DNA of 57,467 nt from positions 1 through 57,467 of the forward strand of contig URRF01000004.1 in NCBI GenBank assembly GCA_900550145.1. Reading direction: 5' to 3'. The notes beneath the pieces are model-generated. The model did no database searches and was not told where the DNA came from. It was given only the letters and a program-made list of their open reading frames with translations. Position numbers and translations under genes: made by a program. Below are positions 47,688-56,075 of the stretch, one piece after another; the first letter of the stretch is position 1; every line of letters begins with the position of its first letter. The DNA comes from an uncultured Mollicutes bacterium. GTDB lineage: Bacteria; Bacillota_I; Bacilli_A; RF39; UBA660.

Positions 47688-47718
47688 AAAAAACTTCATC
47701 GCAATGATGGGGTTTTTT
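47688..47718 (+). terminator. Rho-independent terminator
   Basis: AAAAAAC-TTCATC-gcaat-GATGGG-GTTTTTT. 7-bp stem including two G-U pairs, flanked by complementary A and T runs. Confidence 0.55.
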
Positions 47719-47798
47719 ATTATACATAAAAAAACTCTACAAATAATAGAGAAAAGTTCATTAATAAATATGATAAAATATATTCGTGGGAGGTTTCT

Positions 47799-48527
47799 AT
47801 GGATAATTTAGGCAATAAAATAAAAAAAGAAAGAATAAAAAATAATCTTAAACAAAGTCAATTAGCAAAAATTTTATGTGTATCCGAGAAAACTATTTCT
47901 AGTTGGGAAAATAATCGAACTTTACCGGATTTAAATATGATATATAAAATATCTGATTATTTTAAAAAAAGTTTCTATTATTTAATAAACGATGAATTTT
48001 ATGAAGGAGATACAAATGAAATAGAAATAAAATTAAAAATTGACAACAAAGAATATAATCGAATTTTTAATTTAATAAGTAAAAATTCAAATGCAAAAAA
48101 AATAACCAAACAAATTGATACTTATTATAGTTTTATTGATAATAATTGGTTAAGAACAAGAAATGAAAATGGAAAATATATATTTAGTTATAAGAAAAAA
48201 ATTGATAAAAATCATTATGAAAAATATGATATATTAGTAGATAATATAGTAAATTTAAATAAAATTTTATCAGAATTTGGAGTTAGAGAAATTGGAATAA
48301 TAGAAAAAAATAGAACTAGTTATATATATAAAAATAAGTACGAGTTTTCCTTTGATAATGTTAAAGATATAGGATTATTTATAGAAATTGAAAACATAAA
48401 TAAAAGTGGTGACTATAAAAAGGATGTTTATGATTTATTAAACATTATAAAATCTTTAAATATAGATTTAAATACAATTGATAGGAGGAAATATATTAAT
48501 ATTTATGAAAAAAAGCGAACTGATTAA
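47799..48527 (+). CDS. XRE-family HTH fused to a CYTH (CyaB-like class IV cyclase / triphosphate tunnel) domain
   Basis: NLKQSQLAKILCVSEKTISSWE HTH. Then EIEIKLKI...QIDTYY...WLRTRNENGKYIFSYKKK...IEKNRTSY...FDNVKDIGLFIEIE, the CYTH beta-strand pattern. TGATAAAAT extended -10 upstream. Confidence 0.65.
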   Translation: MDNLGNKIKKERIKNNLKQSQLAKILCVSEKTISSWENNRTLPDLNMIYKISDYFKKSFYYLINDEFYEGDTNEIEIKLKIDNKEYNRIFNLISKNSNAKKITKQIDTYYSFIDNNWLRTRNENGKYIFSYKKKIDKNHYEKYDILVDNIVNLNKILSEFGVREIGIIEKNRTSYIYKNKYEFSFDNVKDIGLFIEIENINKSGDYKKDVYDLLNIIKSLNIDLNTIDRRKYINIYEKKRTD

Positions 48528-49113
48528 ATTAAGAAAAATGTTAAAAGATGAGGTAGAAAGAAGAAATAAGATTAAAGAATTGTTAAGCAATGATTCGGTG
48601 AAGGAATTTTTAAATTTATGCAAATTAGATGCTGGTTTATCTTCAGTAGATAATGAATGGCAGTTAGTAAAAGATTTACTTAAAAATTTTGAGATTACAT
48701 CTTCAAATGGAATTCTAGTATGTACAGGTTGTTATTGCCTTACAAGAGATGTTTATAGCAACTATGATTATAAGTTATCTTTTAATGAATATGATGATTC
48801 TTTAGTAGCTTCAATTGATACTGTAGATATTGAAACTGGTGTTAAATATCGTCCGTATTATGATAAATATTTCGAAAACAAATATGGGTCTTCATATGAA
48901 GAAACTTTGAATGATTATTGTTTTTACAATCATAAAACATCAACAGAAAAACTAAAAAAGAAGGGATATACTATATTAAATCCATATAATTTTTCTACTA
49001 TAGATGATAATGGTTTAAATGATATTAGAAAAGATTTCTTTATGACATCTATTAAAGATAGCCAATCAAGTGCAAAAAAATTAATACTTTCTAAATACTC
49101 TTTATTAAAATAA
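48505..49113 (+). CDS. Hypothetical protein overlapping the end of the XRE-CYTH gene
   Basis: About 202 aa from ATG 48505 (TTG 48478 is the alternative). No motif recognised. Confidence 0.4.
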   Translation: MKKSELIKLRKMLKDEVERRNKIKELLSNDSVKEFLNLCKLDAGLSSVDNEWQLVKDLLKNFEITSSNGILVCTGCYCLTRDVYSNYDYKLSFNEYDDSLVASIDTVDIETGVKYRPYYDKYFENKYGSSYEETLNDYCFYNHKTSTEKLKKKGYTILNPYNFSTIDDNGLNDIRKDFFMTSIKDSQSSAKKLILSKYSLLK

Positions 49114-49215
49114 TATTAATATGTAATGACAATTCAAAAAACAGAATTTCTTTACATATTAAAGTAACATTTATATATAATATTAGATTTGTGTTATAAT
49201 TAAATTGGTGGTAGT

Positions 49216-49854
49216 ATGTTATTTAAAACAGATAACGAAAATTATGAAATAATAATTATTAAAAAAAATAATAAAAATACTTATATTAGAGTCAAAGAAG
49301 ATTTAAAGATATATATCACTACAAATAAATTTGCAAGAGATAAAGATATTGAAAAACTTATTATAGCCAATTATGATTCAATTAAAGATTGCTTAGAAAA
49401 AATGAAAAGAAAAAAACAAAAAAATGATAAAAATTTTATTTTAGGAAAAGAAGTTGATATTATAAAATTATCTAATCAAACTCATCCAGAATTATATGGT
49501 AATAAATTTTATATAAAAGATAATAATATTGATAAATATTTAAAAGAATTTGCAGTTGATATATATGAAAAAAGAGTAAAAGAAATATATAATATGTTTT
49601 CTGAATCTATTCCATATCCTAATATAAAAATTAGAAAAATGAGTACCAGATGGGGTGTATGTAATAAAAAAAACAAAACTATTACGCTTAATTTAGAACT
49701 TATAAAAAAGGATATTAAATACTTAGATTATGTAATAGTACATGAATTATGCCATTTTATACATTTTGATCATTCAAAAAAATTTTGGAATTTAGTATCT
49801 AAATATTGTCCAAATTATAAACAATTAAGAAAGGAAATGAGAGATGATAATTAG
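49216..49854 (+). CDS. YgjP-like (DUF45/M48-related) zinc metallopeptidase
   Basis: HELCHFIHFDHSKKFW (HExxH plus downstream His) near the C-terminus. TGTGTTATAAT promoter element at ~49185. Confidence 0.75.
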   Translation: MLFKTDNENYEIIIIKKNNKNTYIRVKEDLKIYITTNKFARDKDIEKLIIANYDSIKDCLEKMKRKKQKNDKNFILGKEVDIIKLSNQTHPELYGNKFYIKDNNIDKYLKEFAVDIYEKRVKEIYNMFSESIPYPNIKIRKMSTRWGVCNKKNKTITLNLELIKKDIKYLDYVIVHELCHFIHFDHSKKFWNLVSKYCPNYKQLRKEMRDDN

Positions 49855-50563
49855 TAGTGTTGAAAACAAAAAAATAAAGGAAATCATTAAATTAAAAAAC
49901 AAAAAATATAGAGATGAATATAAAATGTTTATTGTCGAAGGTGAGCATTTAGTAAAAGAGGCCTACAAAAATAATTGTTTAATAGAAGTATTTTCACTAG
50001 AACAAAGTGGATATGAAAATGAAACAATTATTACACCAAATGTAATGAAAAAAATCGCTTCATTAGCTTCCTCACCAAGTATAATAGGAATATGTAAAAT
50101 GAAAGATAACGATATAATTGTAGGTGATAAAATACTTATACTCGATAATATTCAAGATCCAGGTAATCTAGGGACAATTATAAGAAGTGCAGTTGCATTT
50201 AATATTGATACAATTGTTTTAAGTACAGATACAGTATCTTTATATAATGAAAAAACTATAAGAGCAACCCAAGGTATGTTATTTTATGCAAATGTAATAA
50301 CAAAAAATTTAAAAGAATTTATTCCACTTTTAAAAAACAATGGATATAAAATATATACTACTAATGTTAATAATGGAATAAGTATAAAAAGTGCTAAATT
50401 TTATAATAAATGTGCTATAATAATGGGAAATGAGGGTAATGGCGTAAGTAGTTATATAAATGATTTGTGTGATGGAGCTATTTACATACCGATGAATAAA
50501 AGCTGTGAAAGTTTAAACGTTGGTGTTGCAACTAGTATAATTTTGTATGAAATGAGTAGGTGA
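49844..50563 (+). CDS. TrmH/SpoU-family RNA 2-prime-O-methyltransferase
   Basis: DPGNLGTIIRSA, IIMGNEGNGVS and ESLNVGVATSIILYE, the three SPOUT motifs. Confidence 0.85.
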   Translation: MIISSVENKKIKEIIKLKNKKYRDEYKMFIVEGEHLVKEAYKNNCLIEVFSLEQSGYENETIITPNVMKKIASLASSPSIIGICKMKDNDIIVGDKILILDNIQDPGNLGTIIRSAVAFNIDTIVLSTDTVSLYNEKTIRATQGMLFYANVITKNLKEFIPLLKNNGYKIYTTNVNNGISIKSAKFYNKCAIIMGNEGNGVSSYINDLCDGAIYIPMNKSCESLNVGVATSIILYEMSR

Positions 50564-50565
50564 AT

Positions 50566-51018
50566 ATGCTTAAAATAGGAAAATTTGTAAATACACATGG
50601 TATAAAAGGTGAGATAAGAATAAAAAGTGATTTTAGTAGAAAAGATTTGATATTTAAAAAGGGGAATTATATATATATTAATAACAAGAAATTTTTAATC
50701 AAAAGTTATAGAGTTCATAAAAATTATGACATGCTTACTTTTGATGGAATTAACAATATTAATGAAATATTACCATTCAAAGGTAATTTAGTATATATTG
50801 ATCCTAATGATATACACGAATTTATTATAGAAGATTTGATTAAATATAACATAAAGATAAAAAATGATATTTATAGTGTTAAAGAAGTGTTAAAGAATAA
50901 TGGAAAAATACTTATACGTCTTTCAAACAATAAATTAGTGCCATATGAAGATGTATTTATTGTAAATAAGGATGAAGAATCAAAAACAATTACTATGAAT
51001 TATCCAATTGATATATAG
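50566..51018 (+). CDS. rimM: 16S rRNA processing protein RimM
   Basis: MLKIGKFVNTHGIKGEIRIKS N-terminus and a PRC-barrel-like C-terminus. Upstream of trmD. Start ATG 50566 (GTG 50560 is the alternative). Confidence 0.85.
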   Translation: MLKIGKFVNTHGIKGEIRIKSDFSRKDLIFKKGNYIYINNKKFLIKSYRVHKNYDMLTFDGINNINEILPFKGNLVYIDPNDIHEFIIEDLIKYNIKIKNDIYSVKEVLKNNGKILIRLSNNKLVPYEDVFIVNKDEESKTITMNYPIDI

Positions 51019-51029
51019 AGGTGAATAAA

Positions 51030-52109
51030 ATGAAAATTGATATTTTAACTTTATTTCCAGAAATGTTTGATGGCTTTTTAAACACATCAATAATTAAAAG
51101 TGCAATTAATAGAAATTTGGTATCCATTAATACGATTAACATAAGAGATTATTCTCTTGATAAACATAAGAAAGTTGATGATACACCTTATGGTGGAGGT
51201 AGTGGAATGGTTTTAATGTGTCAACCAGTATTTGATGCAATAAAAAGTGTTAGAAAAACAAATTCAAAAGTAATTTTACTTACACCTCAAGGAGTGAAAT
51301 TTAATCAAAAAATTGCCTATTCACTTAGTGAGGAAGAACATCTAGTACTAGTATGTGGACACTATGAGGGATTCGATGAAAGAATTAGAAGTGTATGTGA
51401 TATGGAAATTAGTATAGGAGATTATGTATTGACAGGCGGAGAATTACCAAGCATGATAGTAAGTGATGCAGTAACAAGATTAGTTGATGGAGTTATAGAA
51501 ACTGGTTCACACAAAAACGATTCGTTTAATAACGATAAATTGGATTATCCTACTTATACAAAACCAAGAGAATATGATGGTATGAAGGTACCTGATGTAT
51601 TACTAAGTGGTGATCATAAAAAAATTGAAGAGTGGAGAAAAACAGAAAGCATTAAAAGAACAAAAGAAAGAAGACCTGATTTAATATATAAATATACTTT
51701 AATAAAAAGTACATTAACAGGAAAAATAAAAATGGATGAACTAAACGGTTACTCATTAAATCCAAAAAATAACGCAAAAAGAACAGATGTAATAAGCATT
51801 AAAAATCTTCAAATAACAGACACAAAGTTAACTGAAAATATGGTCAAAAAAAATATAGAAAGAAAACTACAGCATTTATTTATGCTTGTTATGAAAGTAC
51901 TAGATACTGATAGTGATGATGATGATTTATTAGTATTAGATGAAGCAGATAGAATAAAAGCACTATTAAATAATGAATATTCTAAAATATTAGGCGAAGA
52001 TTATAAAAGAAGTGCTAAGAAAAAAATAGATTATATTATTTTAGAATTTAAGCAAAGAAAAAAGGCAATATCATTTACGTCAATTGAAAAATCCAGTAAA
52101 AGTAGGTAA
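51030..52109 (+). CDS. trmD: tRNA (guanine37-N1)-methyltransferase with ~115-aa C-terminal extension
   Basis: MKIDILTLFPEMF, DDTPYGGGSGMV, CGHYEGFDERI, GDYVLTGGELP. GAGGTGA RBS. Extra tail after RPDLIYKY. Confidence 0.9.
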   Translation: MKIDILTLFPEMFDGFLNTSIIKSAINRNLVSINTINIRDYSLDKHKKVDDTPYGGGSGMVLMCQPVFDAIKSVRKTNSKVILLTPQGVKFNQKIAYSLSEEEHLVLVCGHYEGFDERIRSVCDMEISIGDYVLTGGELPSMIVSDAVTRLVDGVIETGSHKNDSFNNDKLDYPTYTKPREYDGMKVPDVLLSGDHKKIEEWRKTESIKRTKERRPDLIYKYTLIKSTLTGKIKMDELNGYSLNPKNNAKRTDVISIKNLQITDTKLTENMVKKNIERKLQHLFMLVMKVLDTDSDDDDLLVLDEADRIKALLNNEYSKILGEDYKRSAKKKIDYIILEFKQRKKAISFTSIEKSSKSR

Positions 52110-52218
52110 ATTTTAAGTTTATATTGCATATTTTTAAATTATATGTTAGAATTAATTTCGTGAAAACGTTAATCCGATGTATTTTTATATGATTAATGAT
52201 AAGAAATGGAGTGATAGA

Positions 52219-52557
52219 ATGAATATTATCGATAAGATAACTGCTAAACAAATCAGAACTGATATTCCTGAGTTTAGAGTTGGAGATACTGTTAAAGTTG
52301 ATGTGAAGATAATAGAAGGTAAAAGAGAAAGAATTCAAAGTTTTGAAGGTATAGTTATTTCTCGTAAAAATTCCGGTATAAGTGAAACATTCACTGTAAG
52401 AAAAAAATCATCAGGAATTGGTGTTGAAAGAACTTTCCCAATTAACTCACCTAAAATTGCAGCAATCACAGTAACTCGTAAGGGATTAGCAAGAAGAGCT
52501 AAGTTATATTATGCTAGAGATTTAGTTGGTCAATTTAAATTAAAAGAAAGAAATTAA
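52219..52557 (+). CDS. rplS: 50S ribosomal protein L19
   Basis: [54 protein letters not shown]. The listed start at 52177 is too far upstream. Confidence 0.92.
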   Translation: MNIIDKITAKQIRTDIPEFRVGDTVKVDVKIIEGKRERIQSFEGIVISRKNSGISETFTVRKKSSGIGVERTFPINSPKIAAITVTRKGLARRAKLYYARDLVGQFKLKERN

Positions 52558-52558
52558 T

Positions 52559-52583
52559 AAGACATAAAACATGTCTTATTTTT
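52559..52583 (+). terminator. rplS terminator
   Basis: AAGACAT-aaaac-ATGTCTT followed by ATTTTTGG. Confidence 0.65.
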
Positions 52584-52594
52584 GGTAAATTTAT

Positions 52595-53107
52595 ATGAAA
52601 AATAATATATTAAAAGAATGTTTACAATATTTCTTAATTATCATTTTTGTTCTACTTTTTAGAACATTCCTTTATTCTCCAATAAGAGTAACAGGAGATT
52701 CTATGGTGCCTACTTTATTAGATGGAGATATAATGATTTTAGATAAAATTGGTTATAGAATAAATGGATTAAAAAGATTTGATATTGTAGTAATCAAATA
52801 TAATAATGAAAAAATTATAAAACGTGTTATTGGGCTTCCCGGAGATTATATAGAATACAAAGATAACATTTTATACGTAAATGGAAAAGAAATAAAAGAA
52901 GAATATAAAAGAGATATTACAAACAATTTTAGTTTAAAAGATTTAGGATATGAAAAAATACCAGAAAATAAATACTTAGTATTAGGGGACAATAGAAGTA
53001 TATCCAAGGATAGTAGAATAATTGGTTTAATTGATAAAGAAGATATTGAAGGTTATACAGGAATTATTGTCTTTCCATTTAAAAGAATTGGAAATGTGAT
53101 AGAGTAG
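52595..53107 (+). CDS. lepB: Signal peptidase I
   Basis: 170 aa. TM anchor, GDSMVPTL (catalytic Ser), IKRVIGLPGD (Lys), GDNRSISKDSR. Confidence 0.88.
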   Translation: MKNNILKECLQYFLIIIFVLLFRTFLYSPIRVTGDSMVPTLLDGDIMILDKIGYRINGLKRFDIVVIKYNNEKIIKRVIGLPGDYIEYKDNILYVNGKEIKEEYKRDITNNFSLKDLGYEKIPENKYLVLGDNRSISKDSRIIGLIDKEDIEGYTGIIVFPFKRIGNVIE

Positions 53108-53130
53108 ATGAAAATCTACTTTTCTTATTT
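53104..53130 (+). terminator. lepB terminator
   Basis: GTAGAT-gaaa-ATCTAC followed by TTTTCTTATTT. Overlaps the stop codon. Confidence 0.6.
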
Positions 53131-53156
53131 ATAAATAGCAAAATCAAGCAAAAATG

Positions 53157-53185
53157 TTGACGAACATTTGTTTGCGTGGTAAAAT
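53157..53185 (+). promoter_or_regulatory. Sigma-A promoter of the HD-kinase fusion gene
   Basis: TTGACG (53157-53162), 17-nt spacer, TAAAAT (53180-53185) with a TG extension. Confidence 0.6.
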
Positions 53186-53232
53186 TAAAGCATATAAGTT
53201 ATAATAAGATATAAGAAAGTAGGTGTATTTTA

Positions 53233-54567
53233 ATGAACATTAAAGAAAAAGCAAAAGAATTCGCTATTTTAGCTCATAAAGGCCAAGTAAGAAAAAGTGA
53301 CAAAGAAAAGCCAATGATTATTCATCCCATAAACGTTGGTTTAATTTTAGAAGAATATGAATTTGATGATAATGTCGTTGCGTCTGGTTACTTGCATGAT
53401 GTAATAGAAGATACAAAGTATAGTGAAGAAGATATTTTAAAAATATTTAATGAAGATATTACATCATTAGTCGTTTCAGCATCAGAAATGGATAAAACTC
53501 TATCTTGGGAAGAAAGAAAGCAGCGTACGATAGATAGCATAAAAAATTTAGATTTAAGGCATAAAGCAGTTATATGTGCTGACAAAATTAGCAATTTAGA
53601 AGATTTAATTATACTAAAAGAAATAAATGGAAAATTAGATTTTAGTAATTTTAATAGAAATTTTGATTCACAAAAATGGTATTATGAAAATATATACAAA
53701 AGTTTAATAAATAACGTTAATGAAACTGTACCAATGTATGAAAGATTAAAATATTTGTATGAATATCTATTCTATGACAAAAAAGACGATGAATACTTAA
53801 AAAATGTAATTTTTAAAGATAATATATCTGAATATGATAAATTATTAAAAATAAAATATAAAGTAAAAGAACTAGTTAAATTAAATTCAGTAATGCAAAA
53901 TAAAAAACCATTTGTAATCGAATTTACGGGAACACCAAGAACTGGTAAAACAACAATTATAAATAATTTATATGATCTATTTACAAAAGCCGGTATAAAA
54001 GTTTCTATGTTAGAAGAATTTACTACTTCTAAAAAATACAAAAAAGAGATAAAACCTAATTTAAAAAATCAATATAAAAAAATTGTTAATTTTGAAATAC
54101 CTAGATATGTAAAAGAAGAACTAGAATGTGAAATAAAAAAAGAGAATGATATTATTTTAATTGATAGATCATTATTTGATAGGTTAATATGGGTTGATAG
54201 GTTACATTTAAAAGGAGAACTTAAAAAAGAAGAATATGAAGAATATAAAAAAGAATATGTTCCAATGATTAAAAATAAAATCGATATCATTATTGGAACA
54301 TACACAGATGCCACTACAGCAATAAAAAGAGATTATAAAGCTTATTTATCTCTAGAAAAAAGAAGTTTTTTAAACGAAGAAAACGTAAACGAGTATAACA
54401 CTTCTTTAATTAACATTGAAAAACTATCTAAAAAAGAGAACATTAATTTTTATTTATTTGATACAACAAATAAATCTCAAAGAGAGTGTACTATTGATAT
54501 TACTAATAAAATCCTTGATTGTATAAAAACTAAATATATTGATGAATTAAAAAAAGAATATTCATAA
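53233..54567 (+). CDS. Fusion protein: RelA/SpoT-type HD (alarmone hydrolase-like) domain plus deoxynucleoside-kinase-like P-loop domain
   Basis: N-terminal half: AHKGQVRKSDKEKPMIIHPINVGLIL...ASGYLHDVIEDT (SpoT hydrolase HD signature). C-terminal half: Walker A FTGTPRTGKTT and LIDRSLFDRLIW (dNK-family ERS-like motif). Confidence 0.65.
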   Translation: MNIKEKAKEFAILAHKGQVRKSDKEKPMIIHPINVGLILEEYEFDDNVVASGYLHDVIEDTKYSEEDILKIFNEDITSLVVSASEMDKTLSWEERKQRTIDSIKNLDLRHKAVICADKISNLEDLIILKEINGKLDFSNFNRNFDSQKWYYENIYKSLINNVNETVPMYERLKYLYEYLFYDKKDDEYLKNVIFKDNISEYDKLLKIKYKVKELVKLNSVMQNKKPFVIEFTGTPRTGKTTIINNLYDLFTKAGIKVSMLEEFTTSKKYKKEIKPNLKNQYKKIVNFEIPRYVKEELECEIKKENDIILIDRSLFDRLIWVDRLHLKGELKKEEYEEYKKEYVPMIKNKIDIIIGTYTDATTAIKRDYKAYLSLEKRSFLNEENVNEYNTSLINIEKLSKKENINFYLFDTTNKSQRECTIDITNKILDCIKTKYIDELKKEYS

Positions 54568-54661
54568 TATTAAGTACTTAAACTTTAAATTCTCCAATAA
54601 AAAATATTGACCGTATTAATTTTCAAGTAGTATAATACGTTGTATTAATTGGAGAGTTAAT

Positions 54662-55705
54662 ATGAAATTAAAAACACAAGAAGATATAAGAAGAATAGAA
54701 ATAATATGTCTAATGATCTTAAGTATTTTAAAGGATAAAAATATTCCAGTAGGAATAGATATTAAAGTTTTATATATGATTGTATCAACAATATATGATA
54801 TAGATTTATTAACCGTAAATTATACGCAAAGAAAGACAGAAGAATATAAGGAGTTAAAGCAAATGTACGATGAAATAATAAATAACACATCATCTATGCT
54901 AAAAGAATTAAATATAAATGATCCCGTAACATTATTTGCAACTTACGTATATTTATATAGATCTGGATATCTATCACATAATCATTCATTCATATATAGT
55001 AGCGATATGAAAGATTTTGCTTTATTAAACGGAATTGATGTAATAAGAGGAAAAGGAGTTTGCAGATCAATATCTAGTTTGTTTACAGATTTAAGTATAA
55101 AACAAGGTTACACCGCATCAAACCTATTAGTAAATGATAGAACAGGTGCTTGTGGTAATTTACAAAAACTATCCCCAATAGAATTAAATTCAGATGATGA
55201 AGGTAAAAAATTTGCTGAAATAGTTAGCAAAATTACTGATTTCATAGCACTGCCAAACCATTTAATAACATTAGTAAAAGAAGATAACACAAGTTACATA
55301 TTTGATCCAACTAATGATGGATACCTCTTATATGATATTAAAAACAAAATTGTAATTCCTAACAGACAAGAATTATTTATTACTAACTCACTATTATTAA
55401 AAACAATACAAAAAGGACTTGGTATGCTAAATGCATTAAGTAATAAAGAAATAAAACAGGGTTTTGAATGTCCTAGTGTAGATGAAAACACTTATAGAAA
55501 AAAATATATAAAAGCACTAGAATTATGCAAAAATAATTTATTACTATTTGAAAAATTATATAATGATAATTGTAATTTATATAAAGATATATATACATTA
55601 AGTAAAGAACAAAGTGGATTAATCAATAGAATTATTCCAATTATCCCCAAAAGAAGTAAAACAAAGACATGTAATGACAATAAAAGGTTGGATAAATGTA
55701 ACTAA
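54662..55705 (+). CDS. Hypothetical protein with possible transglutaminase/papain-like Cys-His-Asp core
   Basis: RGKGVCRSISSLF (Cys), LPNHLITLV (His), YIFDPTNDG (Asp) in the expected order. Its last ~18 codons and stop lie in rhuM-derived DNA read out of frame. Confidence 0.4.
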   Translation: MKLKTQEDIRRIEIICLMILSILKDKNIPVGIDIKVLYMIVSTIYDIDLLTVNYTQRKTEEYKELKQMYDEIINNTSSMLKELNINDPVTLFATYVYLYRSGYLSHNHSFIYSSDMKDFALLNGIDVIRGKGVCRSISSLFTDLSIKQGYTASNLLVNDRTGACGNLQKLSPIELNSDDEGKKFAEIVSKITDFIALPNHLITLVKEDNTSYIFDPTNDGYLLYDIKNKIVIPNRQELFITNSLLLKTIQKGLGMLNALSNKEIKQGFECPSVDENTYRKKYIKALELCKNNLLLFEKLYNDNCNLYKDIYTLSKEQSGLINRIIPIIPKRSKTKTCNDNKRLDKCN

Positions 55706-55848
55706 CGATTTATTAAAGTTTAGAAGAGAAGAAGCATTAAATAATAGTGGCGATATATCCCATAAAGAATTAGAGTTATACAAAATTAAAAATATATATC
55801 TTCAATGGATGAATTCTATAATAAATATCTAAATGAAAATAAAGGTTA
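55645..55848 (+). pseudogene. Remnant of the 3-prime end of a second rhuM-family gene
   Basis: Nucleotide alignment by eye to 56846-57064 of the intact copy (e.g. TTGGATAAATGTAACTAACGATTTATTAAAGTTTAGAAGA vs TTGGATAGATGCAACAAATGATTTATTAAAATTTAGAAGA). A ~36-nt internal deletion and 1-nt indels. Lacks the 5-prime ~780 nt. Confidence 0.75.
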
Positions 55849-56075
55849 TATTTTATTAACATTAGGAATGTAACCTGAGGAAATAAGAAATAATAATAGT
55901 CAAGAAAGTTTTTCAAAAGTTTACATTTCGTGGTAAGCGGGAAGTTATGAAAAAGCAGTATTAAATCCTTTAAAGTAAAAGAAAAAATAAAATTTACATT
56001 TTAAACACATTTTTTCTTGAAAAACACTTAAAAAATTAATGCACATGAGTTATGAAAAACTAAAGGAGAGTGTTG

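Noticed and set aside
47669-47815. 48-codon ORF starting at ATG ~47669 that runs through the terminator into the XRE-CYTH start region
   Set aside because: It has no Shine-Dalgarno and hydrophobic nonsense-like composition, and it spans a terminator hairpin and the next gene's promoter. It is most likely non-coding.
52110-52218. L19 ribosomal-protein leader RNA upstream of rplS
   Set aside because: Only a short CGT-gaaa-ACG hairpin is visible. I cannot reproduce a conserved leader structure from memory, so a covariance-model search is needed before any call.
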